Translations under genes and position numbers: made by a program
Assembly: GCA_026770705.1 (NCBI GenBank)
Contig: JANJGN010000039.1
Span: 6,448,001 to 6,512,000 of the forward strand
Length of the DNA stretch: 64,000 nucleotides
Direction: 5' to 3'
Source: Isurus oxyrinchus
Lineage: Eukaryota
Shown: in pieces, positions 12,550 through 25,210 of the stretch
How the letters are laid out: the number at the start of each line of letters is the position of its first letter
How positions within the stretch are numbered: position 1 is the stretch's first letter
The notes under the pieces: generated by a model
Databases searched by the model: none
What the model saw: only the letters and a program-made list of their open reading frames with translations
Told to the model about the DNA's origin: nothing

Positions 12550-13790
12550 TTTCATTTTGAGCAGTTAGATGGAAGATTTTGAAATGGAAGGTCAGTGGAT
12601 ATTATCTACATGCACTTAAGTAAGACATTTGACAAGGTCCCTCATGGCAGACTGGAACAGAAGATAAATTCGCACGGGAGCAGAGGTGAGCTGCCAAGAT
12701 GGATGCAGAATTGGCTTGGTCATAGAAGACAGATTGTAATATTGGAAGGGTTATTTTCCGAATGGAGAGCTCTCACTAGTAGTGTTCCACAGGAATCAGT
12801 GCTGGGACCATTGCTGTTTGCAGTATACATAAATAATTCGGAGGAAAATGTAAATGTCTAATTAGTAGTTTTGCAGAGGACACTAAGTTTGGAGGAGTTG
12901 CAGATGGTGAAGAAGGTTGTCAGAGGATGCAACGGCATATAGATCGCTTGGAGTCCTGGGTGTAGACATGGAGTATAATCCAGAGAAATGCGATGTAATG
13001 CATTCTCGAAGGTCTAATACAGGTAGGAATTATACTGTAAATGGTAGAACGCTTATGTGCATCCAGGGGCAGAGGGAGCTGAGTGTACAGGTCCACACGT
13101 CACTGAAAGTTGCAGCGCAGGTTGATAAGGTGGTCAGGAAGGCATATGGCATGCTTGCCTTTATCGGCAGTTGTACTAAGTATAAAAGCTGGGAAGTCAT
13201 GCTGCAGCTGTATAGAACCTTAGTTAAGCCACGCTTGGAACATTGCGTACAATTCTGGTCACTCCACTACCAGATGGTCATGGAGGCGTTGGAGAGAGTG
13301 CAGAGGAGATTTACTAGGATGCTTCCTGGCATCGAGGTCATTAGCTATGAAGAGAGGTTGGAGAAACTCAGATTGTTCTCACTTGAGCGACGGAGATTGA
13401 GGGTCGAATTCACAGAAGTTTACAACATTACGAGTTGCATGAATAGTGTAGATAGTCAAAAGCTTTTTTTTTCCCAGGGTGCAAGAGTCAATTAGTAGCG
13501 GACATTGATTTAAGGTGAGAGGAGAAAAGTTTGGAGGAGATGTGCACAGCAAGCTTTTTTATGCTGAGGGCAGTGAGTGTCTGGAATTCGCAGCCAGAGG
13601 AGGTGGTGGAAGCAGGTGCGATAGTGTTGTTTAAGTGACAGCTTGACAAATACATGAATTGAATGGGAATAGAAGGATACGGACCCCCAGTATGCAAAAT
13701 GTTTTAGTTTGGCAGGCAATATAATCAGCGCAGGGATGGAGGGCTGAAGGACCTCTTCTTGGGGTCTAGTTTTCTTTTTATTTTGTTCTT
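12550..13790 (+). mobile_element. CR1 LINE, 5'-truncated (RT + 3' UTR), same subfamily as 1455-2610
   Basis: FDKVPHGRLEQKI, SVPQESVLGPLLFAVYIN and YRTLVKPRLEHCVQFWS..LERVQRRFTRMLPG. Frameshifted. T-rich tail at ~13770-13790. Confidence 0.92.
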
Positions 13791-14094
13791 CATTGTACAG
13801 TGTTGGGTCTGGTGGGGAACCTTGCTTGTCAGAACAACTCTGTAAACAATTTCAATCAGAAGCTGCCAGCTTCAATAAAATGGGACAATTATCAACTCGT
13901 ACCTATGGAGAGATTTAATACCAATGCATTCGGTTTTTCAACCAGGAAGTGGGTGGCTAAAGTGGGTGCTTGTGTTCAGACCACTAACCCACCTTTTTGG
14001 ATGCTGTAATCTAAACTGTTCTGTATCTATTCAGTCACGGAGACAGTTTAACCAGTAAATCTCAATCTCTTTTATTTCTGTTCTATTTTTACAG

Positions 14095-14990
14095 TTAATT
14101 TCGTAGCGATTATGACCCTGTCCTGGGGAAGTTGCGGACTTTCCACCAGCAGCACGCGTTACCTGGTAGCCATGGCAACAGCGGATCTATTGGTCATTGT
14201 CACAGAGGTTATACTGTATCAGATTAATTATTACTTTTTTGCAGGATCATTCCTCGACATAACTGCTTTGTGTAGCGTTCTCAATGCCCTGACTTTTGCT
14301 GCCAGAGACTGTTCGGTGTGGTTCACTGTAACTTTCACTATTGATCGATTTGTCCTATCTGTTGTCAGAAGTTGGGAAGAAAATATTGCACTGGGAAAAC
14401 TGCGTCTGTGCTTCTAGCAACTAGTGGTATTCTGCTCTGTTTAAAAAATGTCCCCTTCTATTTCACCTATGAACCTGGAAGTATAATTAATGATGTTCCA
14501 TTCTTCTAGCTAAGTTATTTTATAGATCCAACTTGGGTGGGATTTGACTGGTTTTATAAACTTTTAACACCATTGATCCCATTTTTTTTCATTTTGTTGC
14601 TCAACACACTGACAATCAGGTACATTTTAGTCGCTAATCGTGTCCGTGATAGGCTGAAGAGTCAGAGGAATGGAGAGACTCGCAATGACCCACAGATGGA
14701 CAGCAGAAGGAAATCTGTGATTTTACTTTTCAGTCTATCCAGCTGTTTCATACTATTGTGGTCGGTAAATGTTACCGAATTCTTAACTTATTACATCACA
14801 GGAACAAATCCAGCAAATTACAGTGACGCTTCATATATTTTTCAACAAGTTGGTTATATGTTGCGGAATTTAAGTTGCTGCACAAATACAATTATTTATG
14901 TGGCGACGCAGCCCAAGTTTTGAGAGCAGTTTACCTGCATGGTGAAAAACATGGTTACATCACTCATTAAACAAAAATCACAAGCAACAT
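14095..14990 (+). pseudogene. GPR139/GPR142-like class A GPCR pseudogene (paralogue 1), exon 2 (TM1b-TM7)
   Basis: Acceptor ttctatttttacag|TT (phase 1) gives (V)NFVAIMTLSWGSCGLS..YLVAMATADLLV..CSVL..DCSVWFTVTFTIDRFV. Lesions: 1-nt frameshift at ~14355, TAG at 14507-14509, TGA at 14921-14923. Downstream motifs LTPLIPFFFILLLNTLT, DPQMDSRRKSVILLF and LSCCTNTIIY are colinear with the intact paralogue. 3' end approximate. Confidence 0.9.
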
Positions 14991-15049
14991 TGCTGAGCGT
15001 AACCCAGAGCCTGACCCCTACTGTTCTCAGACACAAATGGAACACTTAG

Positions 15050-15755
15050 AATCATAGAGTCCGTGTACATTCAAAGGCACCAGCAACGCAAAGTCTTTGC
15101 CTATCAACATCCTGCGGATTCCCATTGACCAGGTACTGAACTGGATCCACGATATAAATATTGTTGCAGCAGGAGCAGATCAGAGGCTGGGAGTCCTGCG
15201 ACAAGTAACTCACCACCTGCCTCCCCGAAGCTAGTCCACAATTTGCAAGGGACAAAACAGTAGTGCTATGGAATTCTCTACATTTGCCGTATTGAGCGCA
15301 GCTCCAAAAACACTCATGAAGCTTGAGAGCACCCGGGAGAAGCCAGCCCACTTTATTGACACCCATTCCATGAACGTTCCCTTCACTCAACTAGGAGGTA
15401 CTGCAGCAGCAGCGTGTACCACGTTCAAGATGCACCTCAGGAACTTTCCAAGGCTCCTCAGGCAGCACCTTTAAAAGTTATGACTTCTGCCAGCTAGAAG
15501 GACAAGAGTAGCAGATATATGGGAATATCACCACCTGCAAGATCCTGACTTGGAAATATATCACAGTTCTTCATTCTCGCTGGGCCAAAATTCTGGAAAT
15601 CCCTTCCTGACAACACGATGGGTGTACCTACACCACAGGAACTGCAGTGGTCCCAGAAGGCAGCGCAGCATTAACTTCTCAAAAGCAACTAGGGATGGGC
15701 ATTACATGCTGGCCTAGCCAGAGCAGCACTCAGTCAGTAAATGAATAAAAATAAA
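15050..15755 (+). mobile_element. Second LINE family (CR1-Zenon-like), 3' fragment, just downstream of pseudogene 1
   Basis: MEFSTFAVLSAAPKTLMKLES corresponds to the family motif MEYSPLAW-SAAPTTLKKLDTIQDKAA. Tail GGGATGGGCATTACATGCTGGCCTAGCCAG..AATGAATAAAA. Confidence 0.75.
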
Positions 15756-16239
15756 CTGGAATAAGATATGCTGGGAATGCCTGATTTAATGTTCTACTTT
15801 GTGTATTTACACTTCCAAACATTTAATTTATGATGCTTTCACTGCAAGAAACAAAACAATAATGAAAAAAAAAAACCGTCGTCGGCTAAACATGCTATTT
15901 TTAGAAACGTCATTGGCCTGTCAATGGTCGGTGTTCACTTTCGGAATGTTGCATGGTAAGGTGACTGGAAACTGATTTCCGGTCTCTTTTAAAGGTGCAT
16001 ATCTCCATCTTAACCTCTATTTCAAGAGTTGTTTAAAAATAGTATCGGCACCTCACCCTTACATAGATTTTGTTATACCCTTTTCATGGAACCATCTGCA
16101 GTGTTTAAAAGTCATCCGATTCTCGACTGCAATATCTAAGACAAAGCTGAACCATTCGGAGAAAATAACATTTACTAGGGGCATCTAAACATGTGTAGAA
16201 AACAGTCGACACGATTACGCAATCCTTTTGAATGTAACA

Positions 16240-17990
16240 TGCAAACAAATGTGAACTCAGCAAGTGTAGCACCAACTGTGGATACTGAAACCGTGTTAAC
16301 ATTTCGAATATTTAAGCCTGTTCTGCAGAGCTAAGGAGAATTAGAAATGTGATGGATTTTTTACACGTCAACAGAGGTTGGAGGAGTCATGGCAAGATAG
16401 CAGGTGAGGGATAGGTGCAAGAAGAATGACAAGAGATTCATGGAGAAAGGATAAAGTGAATGTTGACTGCATTGATAAAGACTAATGAAGATGCTGATCG
16501 TGCCATGAGGCTGAGAGAAGAATATGCTAATAGCAGGTCTGCAGGTCAAGGGCAGCGCTCTGTGAAAAGACAACATTGAAAAGAGTGATAGGTGGCTCTT
16601 TGAGTGAGTGAGCGGAGTTGAGTTGCTGGGTTTTATTGGGGGTGAATGATACAAACATGAACACAGATAAAAGTATTAAACGTATAAAGAGGTAAATAAT
16701 TGCACTAAATATAGGGTAAAGATAGAGAACAGAGCTCATGGTGTGAAGTTGTTGAACTGAAAGTAAAGTCCACAACGCAGTTAGGTATCTAACTGGAACA
16801 TGATGTGCTGATTTTCCAGTTTGCTTTTGACTTCACTGGAACGCCAATCCCCACACGGGAAAGACTTTTATTTTTGCACAACAATGACTGCATCATTGCC
16901 GCTTCACGCCCTCCTCCTGGCGTGGAAAATAAATATCGGTTTTACTTCCAATTTCCCTCGCATTCTCATGATCCACCTCTGACATATTATTTCCCTTTCT
17001 TGTCCGCTCTGCCTTCTTTCTGATGAAAGTCTCGATAACAATATTCATTACAAGTCCACCGACTGCTCCAGCCACTCGGGTTAAGCACGTTACACCCTGC
17101 TTGTGCTGAGGGTTCATCCTTTTCTCTCAGCCATTCCAGGTTCCTCGTATCTGTTCAGATGTTGCCAAAACGGCGCTTCTGGCATTTCTTCCTTTCTCCT
17201 TAACCGAGGACATTCTCCGCAACCCCTTGCCTGCTGAATGTGGTTGAGAGTGCCCTAAGCCGTGTCCAAGCCAATTCGGCCTCTCTGCCCTCTCTATCCC
17301 AGAACCAAGAAGGGTTCAGTTTGTGTCTCATCTAACCCCACTAGCCATCCCTGTACCATCCTCCGCCATTTCCGCCAAATCCAGCATGATTCCACCACCA
17401 AGCACGTTTTCCTTTCACCCCACAAATCACCCCAGCCCCAAGTGAGCACTCCCGAGCGACAGCTACTTCCCAGAGACCATGGTCCACTTCTCAATCTGCC
17501 GACCACCCCTTCTCCTCCCTCTGCAACTGCCCATGAAATCGCAGAAAGAGCAATGCCTGCCCCTCTTCCTCTCCACCTCACCATTCAAGGACAGAAACAC
17601 TCCTTTGAGGTGAAACAGTGCTCCTATTGCACCTCCAGCCAAGTTAATATACTGCATTCGTTGCTGTCAATGCGGCCTCTTCTTCTTTGGCGTGGCTGAA
17701 GCGGACCTTGCTGCTGAGTGAAATTTGAATGCCCCATCCTGCTCTCATGTCCACATGTCCAACCTTGACCTGCTGCAATCGTCCTGTGAATCCCAACGCA
17801 AACTGGAGAAACAACAAGTCATCTTCCGAGTGGACACTTTACAGCCTTTCGCAATTAAAAATGCGTTCAACAACTTCAGAGGATGAACTTTCCACTCACC
17901 TTTTGCCTTGTTAATTGGAGTGGTTTCTTCAAAATATTATTTTATATTTGTATTCATTTATGTTTATTGACTTTTTCATAATTTATTTTG
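16240..17990 (+). mobile_element. Penelope-like element (GIY-YIG endonuclease end) with inverted terminal segment
   Basis: 17330-17690 reads ILRHFRQIQHDSTTKHVF..LTIQGQKHSFEVKQCSYCTSS..(Y)CIRCCQCGL, typical of the Penelope RT-linker/GIY-YIG region. 16744-16845 is an inverted copy of ~17790-17880. Confidence 0.75.
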
Positions 17991-18329
17991 CAACAACAAT
18001 GCATCTATGCTAATTTGCCCTTAGCTCTCAGCTATCCCTGATCTTATATCTTGTGCAATCGCCTCCATGCCCTCGTCTATAGTGTAAACTACATGAGATA
18101 TACTTTGCAGGTCGACACTCCAAAGTTGTTGCCTGCAGAGGTCAATTCTTGAAGCTTGTCATTGGATGAAATTTGTTAAATTCAATGAACAACTGAAGTT
18201 GTCAAAGTGGGTTACTGAATATTTAATCCCCTATCTCAACCGATTTACTCTAGCTGAGCCGGGGCACTGAAACATTGAGCTCCATGACAATTCACGTGGC
18301 TAGTCAACCTGTGCCTGCAGACTCCCAAA

Positions 18330-19720
18330 CCTAGACTCTATCTTTGCTTCAATCAACAATTTCAATTTCCTTCGCACCACTTTTCAGAAAAGTGATGGAA
18401 AATTTTGCCATAAGTGCTATGTAGCGTCCTTTGCATGGCAAAACATTTACTCACTGATGGAATGTTTGGCTTGTGCTACAACCACCGGAGGTCATTGAAA
18501 CCGTGGTTGAAATGTCGATGGACGAGATGAACTGAGGACTGAAGGTGAGAGTCAGTACCCTTTATATCAAGGAAACATGACACCGAGTGTCAAGGTGCTC
18601 CTGTAAAGTTGAAGTCAATGTGAATCAGGGAGTTGTGCGGACTCACCATTGATTGCAGTTACACCGAGCACAAAGCGAGAATACTGCAGATGATAGTGGG
18701 CTGTCTTCTGACTTCCAGCACACTGTTCCATGAGTTCCCTAGGGTAGGGTCCTCAGTCCAAAACTTCGTCAGGTGTTTGAGCAATGACTTTAATTCCAGC
18801 ACATGTTCACAATTGGGAATGTTTGCTGATGTTTTCAAACTTTAAGCTCCTTGGGGTGAGTTCACGGCTCCTCTGACGCACACACATTCTGTGCATGTAT
18901 ACAGAAAGAACTGGATAATACTCATGCTTGGGCTAATGCATGGGTATTAACATTGTAGTGGAAAAGTCGCACACAATGGACATCTGTGAGCTGAAGTACC
19001 TTACCACTTTCCCCTTGCCAGTCAATGGCATTACTAGAGCTAATATCCCACGATTATCAACCATCGTTTATGAGTGGTCAGAACTGAAATGGATCACGGC
19101 ATAAGGAGTGTGGTTAGAAGAGGACGTGCGATGTTGGAAGTTCTGTGGTGAGTAACTCACCTCCTGTCGCAACAGGACTGCCACGATCTCCAAGGCACAA
19201 ACCAAGAGTGTGATGGAACACTCTCCGCTTGTCTGGGCGATTTCGGTTTCAACATCATTCAAGACGCTCGGCACCATCCAGCAAAATTAAGCTCCCTGGT
19301 TGGAATCCCATCCCCCAAATTAAGCATTCAATTACTGCACCACCAACATACAGTGGCAGCAGTTTACCATGTACAAGATGAACTGCAGCCACTCACAAGT
19401 GTTCCAACGACAGCACCGTACATATGCGTGACCATCACTATCTAGAAGAAGTATAACAGGTGTACAGAAAGACTATGTGGAACTTAGCCTCCAATTCACT
19501 CACCATCTTGAATTGGAATGATATCTATGTTCCTTCATTGTCATGGGATAAAAATCCTGGAAGGCCTTTTCCATTTCGACAATGAATGCACTTGCACCAG
19601 ATAGACAGCTGCGTATCAAGGAGGATGCTCACCACTAGACACTAAAGACAATGAGGGGCTGTGCAATAAACGCTCAGTTTGGCAATGACACCCTCATCCC
19701 ATGACAAAGTAAATATTCTG
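18330..19720 (+). mobile_element. Second LINE family (CR1-Zenon-like), RT to 3' end, decayed
   Basis: GAGTTCCCTAGGGTAGGGTCCTCAGTCC (VPQGSVLGP-like), GMFADV, and CAAGGCACAAACCAAGAGTGTGATGGAACACTCTCCGCTTGTCTGG (KAQ.RSVMEYSPLAW). Confidence 0.75.
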
Positions 19721-20359
19721 CTGGTGATAATAATTTTAATATTATGAACAAGCGTGTGAATTGATGATAAATGAAACTGGCATTTTAAGGCTGGGAAAGG
19801 CGGCTGAATGGGAATTCGACAACTTATTCAGTGGTACCACGGTGTGGTGAATGATTTCTCGTTTGCCCGGTCTTATGTACCTGCCTCGTTTGCCTTCCCG
19901 ATATATCCATCCTTCGGCTCCTTCCAGCAACTTAAGCTAAGCTGTGTTTTCCGTACTCATTCTCCCCGTCATGAATCTGATTGAGGCGGAAAGAAGCAAA
20001 AACACCCACAGCTCGAAACTATTTGCATAAGCAGCATCCTTGTATGTCAAGGGCAAGTTCCTAATCTGAAGTCGAACCAATCAATGCACTGTCCAAAAAA
20101 TATAAGCAGCAGTAGAATCCTCCATTACACTCTTATCAACTTACATAAGCCACAGGGAATCTAACCGCAACTGAACTGAATATTGCGAATGATCCATTGA
20201 TGTAGCATTGTTCCCAGGTATATTTTGGATGGCTTTGTGTCTGGATGATTCACTGTGGTAGGATGAGGTCGTGGAAACACTTGAAATGAAGTGAGAATCT
20301 TAAATGGGAGCTGGTTCTGCACTAGTAAGAAATGCAGTTTAACCAAGAAAGCAAGAAAA

Positions 20360-20680
20360 CAAGGAACAGGAGCAAGAGTAGACAATTCTGTCATTCGAGC
20401 CTGCTCCACCATTCAATCTGATGATGGCTGATATTAGACCTCAAAACCAATTCCCATACCCAACCCCAAATCTCCATATCTCCTTGTTCCCCGAGAGACC
20501 AAAAATCGGCGTATCACTGACTTAAATGTCTTCAACGAAGGAGCATCCACAGCAACCTGTTGTAGCTCAATGTAAAATCTTACTGACTTTTGATATTAAT
20601 CCTTACCTCAGGTGTAAATTATTGGCCCCATTTCTGAGACTTTGCCCCCGTATTTTCGATTACCCTACCAGTCGACTCAA
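20360..20680 (-). mobile_element. CR1 LINE 3' end fragment
   Basis: GGAACAGGAGCAAG..CGAGCCTGCTCCACCATTCAAT..ATGGCTGAT is the reverse complement of a CR1-type 3' UTR, like 41415-41560 and 54320-54480. Confidence 0.6.
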
Positions 20681-21124
20681 TGCCCCAGAGGGCACAGGGG
20701 AAATGTATGAAATCAGGGTAGGAGTAATAAGGTTTTGGAAGAACTCCGTTTTACAGCAAAATGACTGGGAAAGAATAAATTATCGGCCCAGACGCCATAG
20801 CGGAAGCTGATAGCTTCACATCAACATTTTTTTTACAACTGACGTGAACAGCGATTTGAGCCTTTTCTCCATCTTAACAGGCGTCCACAAGATGGCGGAA
20901 ATATGGTAGAAATCATTCGGAATCTGCAAAATTATGGCTTCTTCCATTTCTGTGTTTTATTTTATCTTTCTCTGGGCGTTGGCTCTGTAGTTTTTCACAG
21001 AAATGATTCTTACAAAGACAAACTCTGTTTATGCACAGCACAGAGCTCCGGGGATTGGGAACTCGGGACTTTAGTTGCAGCTCATTAAACCAGCAACTTG
21101 ATTAAGTTACATGTTACTAGGTGC

Positions 21125-21725
21125 AAGGCGGGGGTGCAGTGATATTGTCATTGGACTAGGATATCATGTGACAGAAACAGAAAATGCCGGGCAAGCTCAT
21201 CAGGTCTAAGAGCATATGTGGTGAAAAAATAATAGTATCGATTCCTTATGACTCTTCTTCAGATCAAGTACTGTTACGTTAAATATTGAATCTGTTTTTT
21301 TCTTCTATCTAGAGAATTTGTTAGACCTGTTGAATTGTTTTAGCATTTTCTGTTGTTTCAGTTTTACAACACCCAGGCTAATTTACTCAAGACAGGTACT
21401 CAGGTTAATGCTATGGGTATCCAGGCTCCAAGACCTCAACGGAAGAAGACTTTTTATTGAATAAAACCTAATGAAATTTCTTGTCTAATGATGACCATTC
21501 AACAATTGTTGTAAAAACTCGTTTGGTTCACTAATGTCCGTTAGGAAGCACATCTGCTGCCTTTCCTCGTCTGATGTGCCTTTCAATCCAGATCCACAAC
21601 ATGATGGTTGACTCTGATATGTCATCTGAAATGGCCAGTGAGGAACTCAGTTCCAAACGGCAAATCGGAATGGGCAAAAGATGCTGGCCCAGCCAGCGAT
21701 GCCCACATGAACGGGAAAAAAAAGA
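21125..21725 (+). mobile_element. tRNA-type SINE sharing its 3' tail with the CR1-Zenon-like LINE, interrupted by a palindromic insert
   Basis: Core TAATGATGACCAT..GGTTCACTAATGTCCGTTAGGAAGCACATCTGC..TCCAGATCCACAAC..GGTTGACTCT and tail ATGGGCAAAAGATGCTGGCCCAGCCAGCGATGCCCACAT + A-run. Second copy at 40770-41085. Confidence 0.7.
21171..21362. mobile_element. Palindromic Penelope-derived miniature element nested in the SINE
   Basis: Left CAGAAAATGCCGGGCAAGCTCATCAGGTCTAA vs reverse complement of right arm CAGAAAATGCTAAAACAATTCAACAGGTCTAA. Confidence 0.7.
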
Positions 21726-21929
21726 TAACTGACTTGTGTGGGTATCAAAAATCCATAAATTAAAATTCTCATATTTTGGTGCAGGAAGGGCCAACTGCCT
21801 ATTAAAGATTACTTTCAAAATTAAAAAGTATCAGTTATCTCACCAGGAACATTTCCGCAATGGCGGGTTTCCCAAGTTATAACATTCTGACAATTCACTA
21901 AATCATTTTTACTAAATGGATGCTATTCT

Positions 21930-22275
21930 TACTATGCAGTGAATTCCATACATCCATTCATACATGGTTGCAGGTTCGCATTCCCATTACATAGGGACAG
22001 GTTTGTAAGTTCTCAATACCATTAAATACATGCATACAGGTTTGCGGGTTCCCAATCCTATTGCCTACATGCATACAGGTTTACGGGTTCCTACTCATAT
22101 TGCACATACTGATACAGGTTTGCAGGTTCCCATTCCCATCACATACATACTCTCTGATTTGCAGGTTTGCATTTCCATTGCATGCTTACATACAGGTTTG
22201 AAGATTCCCATTCCCATTGCACACATGCATTGAAGCTTGCAGACTCCACTATTCGCATTGCATACATGCATAAAG
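21930..22275. repeat. 39-bp minisatellite, ~9 degenerate copies
   Basis: Unit CATGCATACAGGTTTGCGGGTTCCCAATCCTATTGCCTA, repeating at a 39-nt period from 22029. Confidence 0.9.
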
Positions 22276-22718
22276 TTGTGTGGATAGCAATGAACAATGT
22301 GGGGAATATATATTCTATTGGTTGGATTAGGATTCTTAACAACAAGCGGACAAATTGTGTTTTCCAAATACTCTGGCAACTGACGTCCAATGTGAGTGAA
22401 TGTGAGGCCTCCGCTGTGATTCTAATACATTACAGTCACATCAACGGCTATTTGGAAGATACATTATTCAAGGGTATGTGTACACAGACCAGTGATGACG
22501 AGTTCACAACAAAAAAAGCTCGGGATTTCTCAGGGAACACTGACATTCTTCTGAAGAAGTTTGTGTTTAACCAGAAGTGAGGCCGTTCCCTTTCAGTATC
22601 ATTTAGCTTCGCCAGAACTTCATTCAAAGCTTTACATTCAGTTCTGTGGTCCTCACTCAGCAAGTGGTAGAATGTTACTAGACGGGACACGGCACAGCTT
22701 CATTAGTGCCATCCCTGT

Positions 22719-23747
22719 TGTCATGAAGAGATTAATGTCTGTAGTATTATTGTATTTTTAAAATTAGATCTGAATGGTGTCTGTGTTTGTGTGCGTGTCT
22801 GCATGTGGGTAATTTGGAGGAAAGTCAGTTGGTCTCGAGGCTTTGTTGAATCGAAAGAAACACATTTGAAATGGTAACTAGATAAACATGGTAAAATTTA
22901 GAATCATAGGTTATTGGTGGCAATTTGCCTTTTTTAAATAAAACGCCCCAAAGAATGTCTGAAATCCTGCATTTAGCTGGATGATACCAAGAAAAGATTT
23001 TATTCTTTTTTAACTTAACTGTAAAATTTACGGAATCAGATGACGTTATTTTTAGAAGCGTTTATAACTAAAACGGTTTCATGCAATGCATAGTTTACAT
23101 TCAATGAGAAAGATATGCATAACGAGGCAAAGAGATCATGTGCAAGCTACAAAGATTTTAAGATTCGTCAGGTTTGAGAAAACCTCCAGCCACTAAACAT
23201 CAAGCCTGTCAGCAAAGACCCAGGACCGATCAAAACTGATCTTCAATTTCACTGTCCAGGTTGTGCTATGTTAGATTTCGCTTTACCTATGGTCCAAAAT
23301 GCATTTGCAAAAATGCTGAGTATTTATCAATGCTCCTGAAGAGGAAAAAATTCTCTTTACATTTCCTAATTTTCGTCCAAGTCTGGATCAAGGTTGACTT
23401 CTGTGGTGAGTTTCAGATAAAAGAAACAATAAATAGCCCCAAGTAAAATCACGTGATTCACTGTAGGGCAGTTAACTGAGAATCAGATTAATCAAAGGTT
23501 TTAGCAAGTTATTATAGTGTTAATTGTGTAGACATTTTTATGTGCTTACGATTTACCTTGCATTGATCAATGATTACTTAGTGTTTTTTAACAGTCCTAT
23601 TGAGACTTTTTGGACTTATTGCTACTTTGTGATTGTGTTTTTTTTTTATTTTCCAGTTGGTCTCTGAGGTTAAAGAAGATTTGACGCAATTGGGGCCCAC
23701 TTGTCATCTCTGCTGCAGAACGTGGTATTTTTGCAGCTGCTGTAATA
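22719..23747 (+). mobile_element. Possible solo LTR
   Basis: Starts TGTCATGA and shares AAAGTCAGTTGGTCTCGAGGC with AAATGCAGCTGGTCTAGAGGC at ~55760. The end is uncertain and no target-site duplication was found. Confidence 0.3.
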
Positions 23748-25009
23748 GACGGGCAGCATTTTTTATTTACTTTGGCCTTGGTGGTCGAATGTTTCCAGCT
23801 GAAGGCATCGCCTGGTGTCCCAATTTGCAGTGTGGCTTTGTTTCCTGTGCAAACATGGCTGTCTTTACTTGCTGCTCCATTCCTTTTTTTAAGAAGCCGG
23901 ATTGCACACTTTTAATATCCCCAATATCCTTTTACCACAGTTGTCTTCATGTCATTTAGTTAAACATAATCATTTTCATGGGATGCGAGTGATTTGTTTG
24001 CACATCCCTACTTGCTCTATTTCGGAAAGAATTATAGCCTAATTCGAAGGCAATGCGTCCACAGTTTAACTTTGATTGTTCCAATCGGTTTCGATTAAGG
24101 CTACCATGATTTTTGTTGTATCCCCTGCACATCTGTCTCTTCGCATCGTCAGAATGAAGAGCAGGATGTGAGGCTGGTGCGTGGAATGATTATAGCATGA
24201 CAAATTTTCAATTGGTATCTCTGCAAGCAGCCAGCTGATGTTCTCCATCCAGATGAAATGAAGTGTTCACTCTCAGTCATTCAGTTTTTTGGGCTCGTGA
24301 GATTAATTAGGAGTTGCCAAACTCCAGTGAATAACCAACGAATTAGTCTTTAGAACAATATGTTTGTTTCCATCTTCCATTGATATCAATAGAACATAAC
24401 AAAATTGCTACTTAATTGTCATCAGAAGTTTCACAATTTGCGATTAGCATTTCTGTTGAGCTAATTCACTGCTTAACTGTTCCAGAGCACATCATACTGG
24501 AAATAAAGTTTCCGAAAAAGAAGCGTTGTTATTACAGAGTTATTGCAGCTTTTGATAGAATGTGTTGGGAATTTCTACACGTGTCTTTGTTTGAATTAAG
24601 TCACTTACGCAAAGCTGTAGGTTTAGCAAGTAGATTCTTGCCATTTTGCTTCGGGCTTCTCAGCTCGGAACTGATTTTAAATGGGTTAGAGCATTCACAC
24701 ATCTGTTTGTAGAACAGTCCAGCAGCACCGAGCGTGCCAGATGTTTCAGACACTGGGCATTTGAAGCTTCTATAATTGTACATTTCCAGGATGCATGAGT
24801 GGGAGAAGGGAACACACATCCGCAATTAACTCAAACTGCCCCAAGCTCCAAAGATCAAAACATTGTCTCCTCCGCAGCCCTTACTCTGGCAGTGTGGTGA
24901 GCATTCTTCATTTCAATCAAAATCCTCCACAGATTAGATTGTCTGTCAGAGTGTGTCTGACGTCAAAAAATGTTTAACGGGCTCCCGAAAAGTTTGGTAT
25001 CCAAGGGTG

Positions 25010-25210
25010 CAATGTTGATGTGGAGCATTTGGGCCAGACTTTCTTGCCCATCCCAATTGACCCTTTCGAATGTGCTTTTGCGCTGCCTTATTCAAACGCT
25101 GTACTCCATGTGGTGAAGGTGCACCCACATTGCTCTGAGGGAGGGAACCCAGGATTTTGACCCAGTGACAGTGAAGGAAAGGTGATATATTTCCAAGTCA
25201 GCATGGTGAC
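25010..25210 (-). mobile_element. Second LINE family 3' tail fragment
   Basis: CTTGCCCATCCCAATTGACCCTT..GAGGGAACCCAGGATTTTGACCCAGTGACAGTGAAGGAA is the reverse complement of the family 3' end. Confidence 0.7.

Noticed and set aside
12917-13495. 192-aa ORF (and 41721-42122, 1397-1798) as host genes or active reverse transcriptases
   Set aside because: They are fragments of 5'-truncated, frameshifted CR1 ORF2.
21838-21885. Minus-strand CCC GCC ATT GCG GAA AT GTT CCT G|GTGAG resembling a GPCR exon 1 end
   Set aside because: Too short and frameshifted, on the opposite strand to the cluster, with no minus-strand exon 2 found.
22448-22690. 80-aa minus-strand ORF with protein-like composition
   Set aside because: It has a GTG start, a stop just upstream, no recognisable domain and no convincing splice sites.
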